A DNA stretch of 64,000 nt, from assembly GCA_022897995.1 (NCBI GenBank), contig GCA_022897995.1_4763.1. One strand, given 5' to 3'. The position numbers and the translations under genes are program-made. The stretch's first letter is position 1, and each line of letters starts with the position of its first letter. This document shows, one piece after another, positions 9,156-18,351 of the stretch. The notes under the pieces are model-generated. The model was not told where the DNA came from, did no database searches, and saw nothing but the letters and a program-made list of their open reading frames with translations. The DNA comes from a phage.

Positions 9156-9350
9156 ATGAAACCGTTTAAGAATGAAGAAACTCAAAAATTTTGTGAAAAA
9201 ATTGCAGAAATCTACTTGACAGGGAATAAGGAAAAAGCTAATATTATGTTCAAAGAGTCAGTTTCCATGATGAAAGTAGCACGCTGGGAACTGATCGCAA
9301 TGCAAGACCAAATTCGTTATCTAGTAACAAAGGAGAATCAAAATGCGTAA
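9156..9350 (+). CDS. Hypothetical protein
   Basis: 64 aa from ATG 9156 directly downstream of the cassette; track ORF begins upstream in frame. Confidence 0.3.
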   Translation: MKPFKNEETQKFCEKIAEIYLTGNKEKANIMFKESVSMMKVARWELIAMQDQIRYLVTKENQNA

Positions 9351-9537
9351 CCATTACATCGAACTGACAAGCCGTAGAGTTTCCGATCTGAAAGGCGTAA
9401 TTGCTTACTATGAAGAAGTCCTGAAAAACGAAATTGCCGAGTGGGAACGTAAAGAATACAGCAAGTGCTTAGAGAAAAGCCGCGCTGAACTGGTTGACGC
9501 AGAAGCCCATTTGCAATGGGTGATTGAAAATGTATAA
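9343..9537 (+). CDS. Hypothetical protein
   Basis: 64 aa ORF, start overlaps the preceding stop. Confidence 0.3.
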   Translation: MRNHYIELTSRRVSDLKGVIAYYEEVLKNEIAEWERKEYSKCLEKSRAELVDAEAHLQWVIENV

Positions 9538-9547
9538 GGAGTAGAAA

Positions 9548-9805
9548 ATGAATAGAAGTTTTGATTTTATTTTCGCCAAGTGTCATCGAGAAAAGAAATC
9601 GATGGACCTGTTTATGGAGTGTTTGAGGTATGAATATGCGCATCTTCGTAAACACAAAATTGATCCGCAAGTTTCCTACGAAAACATCAAGAAATATGCG
9701 AAAGAAGTGATTGACAACGATTGCACCGTGACATATAATGCGTTTATTGATTTATGGGCGTGGGATGTAATCTACGCAGAGATGGACAAAGAAGATTTTA
9801 ATTAA
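9548..9805 (+). CDS. Hypothetical protein
   Basis: 85 aa ORF with RBS AAGGAG. Confidence 0.3.
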   Translation: MNRSFDFIFAKCHREKKSMDLFMECLRYEYAHLRKHKIDPQVSYENIKKYAKEVIDNDCTVTYNAFIDLWAWDVIYAEMDKEDFN

Positions 9806-9819
9806 GTGAGGATTATATT

Positions 9820-11928
9820 ATGAAAATGCATATTGATAATGAAGAAGTATTTGGCAGTGACTTGAGCGGTGCGGTTGATTTTTCACTGAAAGCAAGTAGC
9901 AAGGCTTTTATGGTGCTTTCTAAGAACACTTATCAATATTGTGAGCGTGCTTGCGTCCGTGAGTATTCGTGCAATGCTACCGACACTCACAAAGAAGCCG
10001 GAACCTTAGATCGTCCGTTTGATATTCATTTACCGACTGCAATCGAACCGTATTTTTCTGTGCGTGATTATGGTACTGGTATTCCGTCTAAGAAAGAATT
10101 AGAACAACTGTTTACGGTTTACTTTGAATCAACCAAAGACCAGACTAATGATTATATCGGATCTTTTGGTTTGGGTGCGAAGTCTGCTTATAGCTATACC
10201 GACACCTTTACAATCGTAAACTACTACAATGGTCGCGCTTATGGCTTTACTGCATTTGTGCAAAACTCTATGCCGAAAATGGTGCAGATTTTCGACGAAC
10301 CGACCTATGAAGACAATGGTCTGAAAATCACTATTCCGGTGAAAGAAAAAGACATTCAGACATGGCATCGAGAAGCACAATTTGTACTGCGTCATTTTGG
10401 GGAACACAAACCTAATATCAATGCCATCGAAATTAATTATTTCCCTAGCTTTGATAATTATTATGTGTGTAATGGACGTGATAACGATTCCTATGTGGTA
10501 TATGCAATCATGGGTAAGATCCAGTATCCGATCCCGTATGAATATGTTCGCGGAACATGGTTAGAAGCTGTAAACCACCAGCACCAGACCATTTACATTA
10601 ATTTTGAGTTGGGTGATCTGGACCTTATGCCATCGCGTGAAGAAGTTCACTTGTCAATTGAGACTAAAGCGAACATCGAAAAACGCATTGCAGAAATCAA
10701 TGAAATGATGTTGGAAAAGGTTAAAGAGAAGATCGCCAACATTAAAACAGAGCGTAAACTTGCTCAATTTATGAGCGAGTATTCATCGACGCAACGCAAT
10801 ATTATTAGCAAGATGGGTAAGATCGGACAATGGGACGATCCGGTAGCAATCTATAATAAGTTTGTGAATGCGGGTAAATATTCGCCTAATGACGTAGAAG
10901 GTCAGGTGTATACTCTGTATCGTACTCGTCACACAATCAGTAAATTGCGACCTGCTTTCGTTAGCAGTCAATACAACATTACGCATTTTGTATGGATGCA
11001 TAAAGAAGATATTACGTGTCTTATTGATGATACCGATAAACCGAAACTGCGTGCACTGACTCTTAACGGCATGGTCCAGGAATATGGAATCAATAAAAAA
11101 GTACTGGTGTTCCGTCAGAACAACGAAAAACATATGGAGACTTTCGAGTACATCAAACAGTATTATGATGATTCTGAAATGACCGTGATTAAGGTATCAG
11201 AGGCCGATGATCTGCGTGCTAAAGCAGTTAAGCCGGAGAAGACCGAGCGTACACAACGTGAAGCTACTCCCAAGCTGCCTAACGTGTATATCATGGAAAA
11301 GATTGGTGACAGTTGGCATAAAACCAGCCATCACATGAAAGCGGCAGAGATTCGCGAGTTATCAGGCTTGCACATGTTCCGCGTAGGTGATGCATTCGAA
11401 AGCCGTAGCCGTCAATCGATCTATAATGAAAATACATTACATACGGCGCTTGACTACTTCGGGGTAACAAAGTATATTATTACTCGAAACGAGACACAAA
11501 AATATCTCGTTGACGAACAATTGGAATGTGCGCTAGAATTTGTTCGCGGTAAGCTGGCTGGTCTGGCTAAGAAGGTTAAGACCAATCATCTGGGGTATGG
11601 CGAATATCTGGGTGTGATCACTATGTTGTTTCATGACGATGAACTAGAACGCTGTGTTCCAGAATTTATTGACAGACTGTACGGTCGTCATTATAATAAA
11701 GAGGTTTCCAAGTTACTCCTTCATACTCGTTGGATTATGGACGAAGAAACTAAAAAGATTTGTGATGAAAAATTCACGGCAGCAAACGAACGAATTAAAG
11801 CAGTTTGTGCGAAGTTTAAAGAGAATAGCCCGTTACTGTATGATATTGTAGATAACTGGTATCGTATTCTGCATAACGACAAACGCGCACAAGACTTTAT
11901 GAAACTGGTTAAGAATGTTAAATTTTAA
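9820..11928 (+). CDS. rIIA: rIIA protein (GHKL ATPase-like, lysis inhibition/membrane integrity)
   Basis: 702 aa; GHKL-like block YGTGIPSKKELEQLFTVYFESTK...GSFGLGAKSAY; size and position before rIIB as in T4. Confidence 0.85.
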   Translation: MKMHIDNEEVFGSDLSGAVDFSLKASSKAFMVLSKNTYQYCERACVREYSCNATDTHKEAGTLDRPFDIHLPTAIEPYFSVRDYGTGIPSKKELEQLFTVYFESTKDQTNDYIGSFGLGAKSAYSYTDTFTIVNYYNGRAYGFTAFVQNSMPKMVQIFDEPTYEDNGLKITIPVKEKDIQTWHREAQFVLRHFGEHKPNINAIEINYFPSFDNYYVCNGRDNDSYVVYAIMGKIQYPIPYEYVRGTWLEAVNHQHQTIYINFELGDLDLMPSREEVHLSIETKANIEKRIAEINEMMLEKVKEKIANIKTERKLAQFMSEYSSTQRNIISKMGKIGQWDDPVAIYNKFVNAGKYSPNDVEGQVYTLYRTRHTISKLRPAFVSSQYNITHFVWMHKEDITCLIDDTDKPKLRALTLNGMVQEYGINKKVLVFRQNNEKHMETFEYIKQYYDDSEMTVIKVSEADDLRAKAVKPEKTERTQREATPKLPNVYIMEKIGDSWHKTSHHMKAAEIRELSGLHMFRVGDAFESRSRQSIYNENTLHTALDYFGVTKYIITRNETQKYLVDEQLECALEFVRGKLAGLAKKVKTNHLGYGEYLGVITMLFHDDELERCVPEFIDRLYGRHYNKEVSKLLLHTRWIMDEETKKICDEKFTAANERIKAVCAKFKENSPLLYDIVDNWYRILHNDKRAQDFMKLVKNVKF

Positions 11929-11939
11929 GAGGTGATATT

Positions 11940-12071
11940 ATGACTAAACTGACCGCTATCCAGAAAGAAACCATCCGTAAACAATACGCTCGCGGCTTGA
12001 CTAAAGGCGAACTGGCACGAATCTATAATGTGTCAGACCGCACAATCCGCAAGGTTGTAGAAGCAAAATAA
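11940..12071 (+). CDS. Small helix-turn-helix protein (43 aa)
   Basis: ATG 11940 after rIIA stop; GLTKGELARIYNVSDRTIRKVV resembles a classic HTH; below track cutoff. Confidence 0.35.
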   Translation: MTKLTAIQKETIRKQYARGLTKGELARIYNVSDRTIRKVVEAK

Positions 12072-12083
12072 TTCTGGTATAAT
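12055..12083 (+). promoter_or_regulatory. Putative promoter for rIIB
   Basis: TTGTAG 12055-12060, 17 nt spacer, TATAAT 12078-12083. Confidence 0.4.
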
Positions 12084-12133
12084 GATGTGAATCGGGCGGC
12101 GATAGTCGCCCAACTAATAGAGGAATGAATACT

Positions 12134-13126
12134 ATGACTAAAGCAAAAATCACCGTCTCTGACCGTAACGTTCAATGCCTGGATTCTGAAAAACAAATCA
12201 AACTGGCTAAACAGTGGGGCGAAGGTAAGTTTACTACCCGCGAAGCACTTGCGGCAGCATTTGGGGTATCTCGTCGTACTGCCTCCCGTGTATTACTGAT
12301 TCAGAAAGACGCAGTAGCGGAAGGTCGCAAGGCACTAGAAAAACGTAAAGCACGCCGTAAAACCAGTAAAGGAAAAGGCGGTGAACGCGCAAAAAAGCCC
12401 GTGACTACTTCCTCAAAAATCGTAGCAATAGCCTCAACTAAGTTTATTACTATTACATGTGGTGACATTGTTTATACTGCTGATCCGTCGCATGTTAACT
12501 TTAATGAAGCACTGGAAGCGATTAAACATAATGATTTCATCAAAGCTATTACGCTGATTGACATTAAGAAAGCGGTTGAAGTATATTATCACGGCGCTTT
12601 CCGTATCGAAAATGGTATTGTGTATTATCATAATATTGTTCTTGATAATAATCTGACTCGTCGAGTTGTGGAGTCGATTAAAGAGAATAAGCCATATACG
12701 CACTATCTGAACTTCTTTGAGAAGTGCAAGAAAAACCCTAGCCGTAAGGCCGTAGATCGTCTATTTGACTTCTTAGAGCACAACGACATTGAGATCGGGG
12801 AAGATGGTTGTTTCTATGCATGGAAACGTGTTGATGTTGATTATAAAGATTTCTTTACGCATACGTTTGATAATAGCCCAGGTCGCACGGTTAAAATGAA
12901 GCGTAAAGACGTGGACCCAGATGATGATCGCACTTGCTCTAATGGCCTCCACGTTGCAGCGAAACACTATATTCCGCACTATGGCGGTGGACGAGGCCGA
13001 ATCATTAAATGTAAAGTTGATCCGCGTCACGTTGTAAGTATCCCGAAAGATTATGCGAATGCCAAAATGCGCTGTCATCGTTACTATGTGGTTGAAGATG
13101 TAACCGAAGGTTTTAGCCATTACTAA
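12134..13126 (+). CDS. rIIB: rIIB protein
   Basis: C-terminal blocks AVDRLFDFLEHNDIEIGEDGCFYAWK, HTFDNSPGRTVKM, CSNGLHVA, YYVVEDVTEGFSHY match T4 rIIB as recalled; start ambiguous (ATG 12125 or 12134). Confidence 0.85.
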   Translation: MTKAKITVSDRNVQCLDSEKQIKLAKQWGEGKFTTREALAAAFGVSRRTASRVLLIQKDAVAEGRKALEKRKARRKTSKGKGGERAKKPVTTSSKIVAIASTKFITITCGDIVYTADPSHVNFNEALEAIKHNDFIKAITLIDIKKAVEVYYHGAFRIENGIVYYHNIVLDNNLTRRVVESIKENKPYTHYLNFFEKCKKNPSRKAVDRLFDFLEHNDIEIGEDGCFYAWKRVDVDYKDFFTHTFDNSPGRTVKMKRKDVDPDDDRTCSNGLHVAAKHYIPHYGGGRGRIIKCKVDPRHVVSIPKDYANAKMRCHRYYVVEDVTEGFSHY

Positions 13127-13140
13127 CAGAGGAATTAATT

Positions 13141-13467
13141 ATGGTTGATATGAAAGTTACTTGCGAAAGTGCACATGTTGAAGTTGAAAGTAGCCAATAT
13201 TCATTGCGTCCGTCCGGTCGCGTTACTGTGACTATGGATGATGTTGATTTGGTTAATAATGTTAGTGTTGAAGATATCGTTAATGAGTATGATCATAGCG
13301 AACTGCTAGACGCAATTCCTGAACATGTTGTGATCCAGCACGTAGTAAGCAATAATGATCCATCGACTTTCATTAAAGAATACGGCGCTGATGAAATGCT
13401 CGATGAAATTGGCGAAAAGATTGTTATTGCATGGCTTGAAAACAACGGTTATACTGTAGAACAATAA
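13141..13467 (+). CDS. Acidic hypothetical protein
   Basis: 108 aa, strongly D/E-rich; RBS GAGGAA. Confidence 0.4.
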   Translation: MVDMKVTCESAHVEVESSQYSLRPSGRVTVTMDDVDLVNNVSVEDIVNEYDHSELLDAIPEHVVIQHVVSNNDPSTFIKEYGADEMLDEIGEKIVIAWLENNGYTVEQ

Positions 13468-13474
13468 TCAACAT

Positions 13475-13498
13475 AGGCCGCTTTGCGCGGCCTTTCTT
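13475..13498 (+). terminator. Rho-independent terminator-like hairpin
   Basis: AGGCCGC-tttgc-GCGGCCT followed by TTCTT. Confidence 0.4.
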
Positions 13499-13512
13499 AG
13501 AGGGAATACATT

Positions 13513-13806
13513 ATGACGGTCACGGTTATTACCAAATACGACGACGAAAATGTGATTTACGGTGACGTGGTTGTTGTTCACGGTCGTAGCATGAAAGTTA
13601 CTGGTAATTGTAAAGATGGTGCTATTATTTGTGGTGAATTTGTGAGAACAGTCAATCCTATCACCGACGAACAAAAGCGAGTCATTATCAGAAAACTTAA
13701 AGACAGTGGATATTGTAACGTCGTGGTGATTCAAGAAAAAATTGAAGTAGGCCACTTATACACAAATCAGAAAACAATTCCGGTATCAATGGTTAAAGGC
13801 GGTTAA
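13513..13806 (+). CDS. Hypothetical protein
   Basis: 97 aa ORF with RBS GAGGGAA. Confidence 0.35.
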   Translation: MTVTVITKYDDENVIYGDVVVVHGRSMKVTGNCKDGAIICGEFVRTVNPITDEQKRVIIRKLKDSGYCNVVVIQEKIEVGHLYTNQKTIPVSMVKGG

Positions 13807-13808
13807 TA

Positions 13809-14171
13809 ATGCTAGGTCATTCTAAAATAGAAGATTGCTCATTCAGAGCAATGAAAGATGATTTTTCGGTCCTGTACGCGTCTATCCGAGAGTTGTTTGT
13901 AGATTTTAAGCAATTCAGAGAATACAAAGGCGTTAAGATGCGGGAGTGGGTATTCTGGCCTTTCTATATCATTACTCTGTTTTCTATGGTATTTTGTTTT
14001 GTCGGGATCTCTATCGCTAGTTTTGTCACTTGCGTTTTCCTGATTATCAGGTGTATCATGTTTGCTTTGATTGCTGCCCCGTTTATTGTGTCAATCCTTC
14101 CGTTAAAATGGCTATTGGATTGGGCTGATAAATCTGATAAAGTAAAGAATGTGATTTGTAAGCGTGTATGA
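13809..14171 (+). CDS. Predicted small membrane protein
   Basis: 120 aa; long hydrophobic stretch WVFWPFYIITLFSMVFCFVGISIASFVTCVFLIIRCIMFALIAAPFIVSILPL. Confidence 0.45.
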   Translation: MLGHSKIEDCSFRAMKDDFSVLYASIRELFVDFKQFREYKGVKMREWVFWPFYIITLFSMVFCFVGISIASFVTCVFLIIRCIMFALIAAPFIVSILPLKWLLDWADKSDKVKNVICKRV

Positions 14172-14178
14172 GGTGAAG

Positions 14179-15543
14179 ATGGATAAAATTAGTCAAATTG
14201 TAAACACATTTACTTACCGCAGCCTTGAAAGCATTGTACATAATGAAGCTAAGGAATATGCGATCTATTCTGCCGAGGAACGCGGGATTCCTCAATTAGT
14301 GGATGGGCTTAAACCAGTTCAACGCTTTGTTATGGAGTGCGCACTTCAAAAGAGTAAAGGCGACCGTAAGAAATTCCGTAAGATGGCAGATATTGGATCT
14401 GGTGTTGCTGAGTTGGGTTATCACCACGGGGAAACTAATGCCGTAGAAGCCGGATCACTCATGGCGAATACATGGAGCAATAATACTCCACTGCTTGACG
14501 GTCAAGGTAACTTCGGATCGCGTTTAGTCCAGAAAGCAGGTGCGGCACGTTATATCTTTGCTCGTGTTCATGAAAACTTCTTTAAAATCTATAAAGATAT
14601 GAATTGCGCACCTAAACACGAAGATCTGGAACACATCCCGCCAGTGTTCTACTTGCCAGTTGTGCCAATGGTATTGGCTAATGGTATTAGTGGTATTGCT
14701 ACAGGGTATAAAACTGACATTTTACCGCATTCACTGGAAAGCCTTATTGAATGCACAGAGCTAGCACTTGCCGGAAAACTGGATAAAGAACCTAGTGTTC
14801 AATTCCCGAAATTCACGGGTAAAGTTATCCCTCGTGATGACCGAGATGGTGTCATTCTTGAGGGTACATATGAACTAAACGGCAAGACTAAGCTGACAAT
14901 ATCAGAAGTTCCTTATAAGTTCGACCGTGAAGAATATGTAGCGGTACTGGATGCACTGGAAGAAAAAGATCTGATTGTCTCATATAATGACCGTTGCTCT
15001 AAGGATGGATTCAGATTTGAAGTAACACTGAAACGCGATTATTTCAAAAGCGAAGATGAATCCGCTCGACATGAGCAAATCATGAAGGATTTTAAACTAA
15101 CGCAGTTAGTAGCCCAGAATATCGTAGTAGTTAACGAACGTGGTTTAGTTGAAGTATTCGAGAAAGCTAGCGACCTGATCCGTCGATTCGTCGAAATCCG
15201 ATTAGGGTATGTCGATAAACGCATTGAATTGATGCAAGCGGAAACGCTGGAAGCATACAATTATGCAATGGCTAAAGCCGAATTTATCGATCGCGTAATT
15301 AAGGGCGAAATCGAGCTACAGGGCAAGAAAAAGGCCGAGGTAATGCAATCCATCAATGGACATGAAAAACTGCGTCCATACGCCGATAAGCTAGTTTCTA
15401 TGCCATTGTATAGCGTTACTCAAGAAGAGTATGATCGACTGGTCAAAGATGCCGATAAACATCATAGTGAATATGAGTATTGGACAAAGACGACCGCAAT
15501 GAAGGAATATAAGAAAGATCTTAAAGAACTTAAGAAGGGTTGA
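14179..15543 (+). CDS. 52: DNA topoisomerase II medium (GyrA-like) subunit gp52
   Basis: GLKPVQRFV, GYHHGE, LLDGQGNFGSR, YIFARV blocks match T4 gp52 as recalled; ATG 14179 with GAGGTGA RBS preferred over the GTG at 14164. Confidence 0.9.
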   Translation: MDKISQIVNTFTYRSLESIVHNEAKEYAIYSAEERGIPQLVDGLKPVQRFVMECALQKSKGDRKKFRKMADIGSGVAELGYHHGETNAVEAGSLMANTWSNNTPLLDGQGNFGSRLVQKAGAARYIFARVHENFFKIYKDMNCAPKHEDLEHIPPVFYLPVVPMVLANGISGIATGYKTDILPHSLESLIECTELALAGKLDKEPSVQFPKFTGKVIPRDDRDGVILEGTYELNGKTKLTISEVPYKFDREEYVAVLDALEEKDLIVSYNDRCSKDGFRFEVTLKRDYFKSEDESARHEQIMKDFKLTQLVAQNIVVVNERGLVEVFEKASDLIRRFVEIRLGYVDKRIELMQAETLEAYNYAMAKAEFIDRVIKGEIELQGKKKAEVMQSINGHEKLRPYADKLVSMPLYSVTQEEYDRLVKDADKHHSEYEYWTKTTAMKEYKKDLKELKKG

Positions 15544-15545
15544 TT

Positions 15546-15743
15546 ATGAAAGAATATCCAGAAGGCGGTTATATTGCATTTCTGTACAACAATAAAAAGA
15601 TTGTGCCAATTGTCGTTGAAACACTGGAAGAATCCAACCGGATCACCAGTGAATCTCTGAGCAAATTAGCAGAGATGACAAACACGCCAGAACACAGAGC
15701 AAAGATCGACAACTTGATGAAAGAATTATCAGAGAGGAAATAA
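15546..15743 (+). CDS. Hypothetical protein
   Basis: 65 aa from ATG 15546, 2 nt after gp52 stop. Confidence 0.35.
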   Translation: MKEYPEGGYIAFLYNNKKIVPIVVETLEESNRITSESLSKLAEMTNTPEHRAKIDNLMKELSERK

Positions 15744-15746
15744 ATT

Positions 15747-16142
15747 ATGACTGAACGACGCATCACTTCAAATGGTTTGGGTACTCATCATGCATGGATG
15801 GTTGACCCAGACAAAAATCCTTATAAACTTTACGACACAACGATTAAACCGTGGAATAATGGCGTATGGAAAACACCGCCCACAACAGCACCTATTATGA
15901 CAGACCCGAAACCGTTTAGCCCGATGGCGGAACCAGTACAGATTAAGCCGTTACCTTACCAGATAACGACGAATAGCATCGCCAACAAACAAGAAAATGA
16001 TATTGATATGATCTACGAGATGATTAAACTTTGGCGTGATGTTTATCTGGGTGTTCTATGCAACACAGATAAAAGTGCACATGCGGCAGCGGTACTTGCA
16101 TCTCATGCGGTAGACGAAGCCAAAAAGAAATTTAGTAAGTAA
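15747..16142 (+). CDS. Hypothetical protein
   Basis: 131 aa ORF with RBS GAGGAA. Confidence 0.4.
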   Translation: MTERRITSNGLGTHHAWMVDPDKNPYKLYDTTIKPWNNGVWKTPPTTAPIMTDPKPFSPMAEPVQIKPLPYQITTNSIANKQENDIDMIYEMIKLWRDVYLGVLCNTDKSAHAAAVLASHAVDEAKKKFSK

Positions 16143-16151
16143 CTGATTATT

Positions 16152-16182
16152 AAGCCGATCCGTGTGGTCGGCTTTTTTATTT
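16152..16182 (+). terminator. Rho-independent terminator
   Basis: AAGCCGATC-cgtgtg-GTCGGCTT hairpin followed by TTTTTATTTT; near-identical hairpin recurs on the minus strand at 26423-26445. Confidence 0.6.
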
Positions 16183-16192
16183 TAAAAAGTTG

Positions 16193-16254
16193 TTGACTTC
16201 CATAATCCATCATTGCATAATACACACCCATACCAAACGAAAGGAGAATCAAAG
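16193..16254 (+). promoter_or_regulatory. Early promoter cassette (TTGACT, CATAAT, conserved leader)
   Basis: TTGACT 16193-16198, 17 nt spacer, CATAAT 16216-16221, leader acacacccataccaaacgaaaggagaatcaa. Confidence 0.5.
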
Positions 16255-16527
16255 ATGAGCAACGAAAACAGCAAAGTGTTAGCAATTGCCGATAAAGTAG
16301 GTTACTGGAAATGTTGGGATGATATGGAGAAATTAGGCGGTCGATATCTCGATAACTTAGAGTTGCATTATTGCCAAGCGCGTAATGCAGAAGTTGCGGG
16401 AGTAGCAATTGAAGATATTCCGTCTAAGGTCTTCGGATTCTCTAAAGATGATACTTTAGAATATGTTTTCAAGGCTGTTATGGATCAAGCATGGGAAGAC
16501 GCAGAGACACGCGCTCTTGATTGGTGA
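16255..16527 (+). CDS. Hypothetical protein
   Basis: 90 aa from ATG 16255 at fixed distance from the cassette. Confidence 0.35.
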   Translation: MSNENSKVLAIADKVGYWKCWDDMEKLGGRYLDNLELHYCQARNAEVAGVAIEDIPSKVFGFSKDDTLEYVFKAVMDQAWEDAETRALDW

Positions 16528-16531
16528 TAAT

Positions 16532-16693
16532 ATGAACTGGTATAAAATTTGGAAAAATCAGGTGGAGGCTTATCTAGGGTATAAGCCCACCGACAAAGAA
16601 TTACTTGATGCAATGTACGAAGACGGCTTAAATCCGAAAGTAGCCGCGCAAGAATACGCGGAATGGGTGAAGGTCGAAAATAATTTAAAATAG
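16532..16693 (+). CDS. Hypothetical protein
   Basis: 53 aa from ATG 16532. Confidence 0.3.
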   Translation: MNWYKIWKNQVEAYLGYKPTDKELLDAMYEDGLNPKVAAQEYAEWVKVENNLK

Positions 16694-16696
16694 TTG

Positions 16697-16758
16697 TTGA
16701 CGTAAAGAAATGGGAGTAGTATTATACTCCCACACCGAAACGAAAGAAGGAGAATCAC
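16697..16758 (+). promoter_or_regulatory. PeSL-like promoter cassette
   Basis: TTGACG 16697-16702; GGGAGTA/TACTCCC 7 bp stem (16712-16731) with TATTAT -10 in the loop; conserved leader. Confidence 0.55.
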
Positions 16759-16971
16759 ATGAAATCTATTGAGCAAGTAGTAACAGAATTTATGAGCTAC
16801 GAAGGAAACCGCATCTTTGGACGTTCTCAAGTTCGCGAGATCGTAGAAGAAGTTGCGGGAGAGTTTGCGGAATCTGGTCACGTTATCACGCAAGAACGTA
16901 AAGAAGAAGCAGTAAGCCAGATCATGGCTATGCAGAAAATGCGTATTAATGCACGAGCGGGTAAAAATTAA
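16759..16971 (+). CDS. Hypothetical protein
   Basis: 70 aa ORF downstream of cassette. Confidence 0.35.
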   Translation: MKSIEQVVTEFMSYEGNRIFGRSQVREIVEEVAGEFAESGHVITQERKEEAVSQIMAMQKMRINARAGKN

Positions 16972-16978
16972 AAAGTAG

Positions 16979-17041
16979 TTGACACCGGATTATGGGAGTA
17001 GTAAGATACTCCCATCAAGACAAAACATTGAGGAATATATT
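16979..17041 (+). promoter_or_regulatory. PeSL-like promoter cassette
   Basis: TTGACA 16979-16984; GGGAGTA/TACTCCC stem 16994-17013 with TAAGAT in loop. Confidence 0.55.
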
Positions 17042-17842
17042 ATGAAAAACATTATCGCTGCTATCGTTCTTTCTGCTACTGCTTTCGGTGCTAATGCTGC
17101 GTCCTTTGATTGCGCTAAAGCTACTACCAAATCAGAGAAGTTTATTTGTGCTAATGAGTCAATCTCCGCACTGGATTCGAAACTTCATGAAGTATATGTT
17201 AAAGCTGTTAAGATTGATCCGTCTCTGAAACAAGAGCAACGCAACTGGAATAAAACTGTTCGTGATACAATGATCAATATCGGGCAGATTCAGCCACTGG
17301 AGGCTGTATATAACGCTCAAATCCAAAACTTGATGAATGTATTACCTAAAGAAGAAACCTCGTCAGAAAGCGATTCAGAGACTTCTGTGAAGGTTGAAGA
17401 AGAACAACCGAAACAGGAAGAAAAAGTGGTGGAAGAACAGAAGAAAGAAGAAAAAATCTCTGGATCTATCACTTACCAGTGCATTGCAAAATTTACATGG
17501 AAAATCATTGATGGTATTGAAACAGACAGCCGCAAAGATCCATTGTATGGAAACTCTACTTATGGCAACAAGGGCGGAAAGCTGAAAATGACCATGACCG
17601 AAGGTGAATTGTCTTCTTTCGTATATGTTGATGAGCGCGAAGTGTTTAAATCAAATCTGACACGCAGCAAACAATATAAAAATATGGTTGTTGGTATGAG
17701 CAAACCGGATGTAGCAGGATACTTCAACGAGTACAAAATGTGGGTAGGGGAAAACGATGAAATCCGCTTTGAAGTCATCGAGAAAGGTCGCATTAGCTAT
17801 GATTATGGTACTCAATATGTTTGCGAATATAAGAAGGGTTAA
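17042..17842 (+). CDS. Secreted protein with LprI/DUF1311-like N-terminal domain
   Basis: 266 aa from ATG 17042; signal peptide MKNIIAAIVLSATAFGANA; CAKATT..EKFICANESISALDSKL...QRNW pattern; acidic linker then C-terminal domain. Confidence 0.5.
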   Translation: MKNIIAAIVLSATAFGANAASFDCAKATTKSEKFICANESISALDSKLHEVYVKAVKIDPSLKQEQRNWNKTVRDTMINIGQIQPLEAVYNAQIQNLMNVLPKEETSSESDSETSVKVEEEQPKQEEKVVEEQKKEEKISGSITYQCIAKFTWKIIDGIETDSRKDPLYGNSTYGNKGGKLKMTMTEGELSSFVYVDEREVFKSNLTRSKQYKNMVVGMSKPDVAGYFNEYKMWVGENDEIRFEVIEKGRISYDYGTQYVCEYKKG

Positions 17843-18124
17843 ATGATGAAATTTAACAACATGAAGTTTAAAAAAGATTGGTGGGATGCTATGAGAGCTA
17901 ACGACCGAATCGGAATTGGAAAGGCAGAAAAGACAGTTGTTATTGTCAAGTATAAAGCGACGCAAGATCTTTTGATTAAGGAACTCATTCGAGCGGGTAA
18001 CTATCAAACACCGGAAGGTCTTATTGACATGATGGTTGATAACATGTATAGTGACGAACCACCAAACATTAAACAATATTACAAGCAGTATTACCGAAAG
18101 TGGCAGAAGTATAACCGAAAATAG
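17843..18124 (+). CDS. Hypothetical protein
   Basis: 93 aa ORF immediately after preceding stop. Confidence 0.35.
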   Translation: MMKFNNMKFKKDWWDAMRANDRIGIGKAEKTVVIVKYKATQDLLIKELIRAGNYQTPEGLIDMMVDNMYSDEPPNIKQYYKQYYRKWQKYNRK

Positions 18125-18147
18125 TTTGTTGACGTGAGGATTATATT

Positions 18148-18339
18148 ATGGTAATTTTTAATCGCGATGGTATCATAGTTCGGCAACACCCATTCCTTGA
18201 ATACTATCAGGTTGAACAATGGGGATACGGGGATTGCTCTCGATCATACGGTCAAAGCTGGGGATACCGTACAGTTTTTGAATCAACTAATATTAACAAA
18301 GTACGACAGAAAGTTTTAGAACTTCTTAACGATAAGTGA
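18148..18339 (+). CDS. Hypothetical protein
   Basis: 63 aa ORF with GAGGAttatattATG initiation context. Confidence 0.35.
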   Translation: MVIFNRDGIIVRQHPFLEYYQVEQWGYGDCSRSYGQSWGYRTVFESTNINKVRQKVLELLNDK

Positions 18340-18351
18340 GGATATTATATC

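Noticed and set aside
14164-14178. GTG at 14164 as the start of gene 52, and similar GTG/TTG starts used by the track (36236, 46412, 49411, 15540, 31417, 48029)
   Set aside because: In each case a downstream in-frame ATG with a better-spaced Shine-Dalgarno sequence agrees better with the T4 homolog N-terminus
18129-18147. TTGACG at 18129 as a promoter -35
   Set aside because: It lies only 13 nt upstream of the ATG at 18148 with no room for a -10 element and leader
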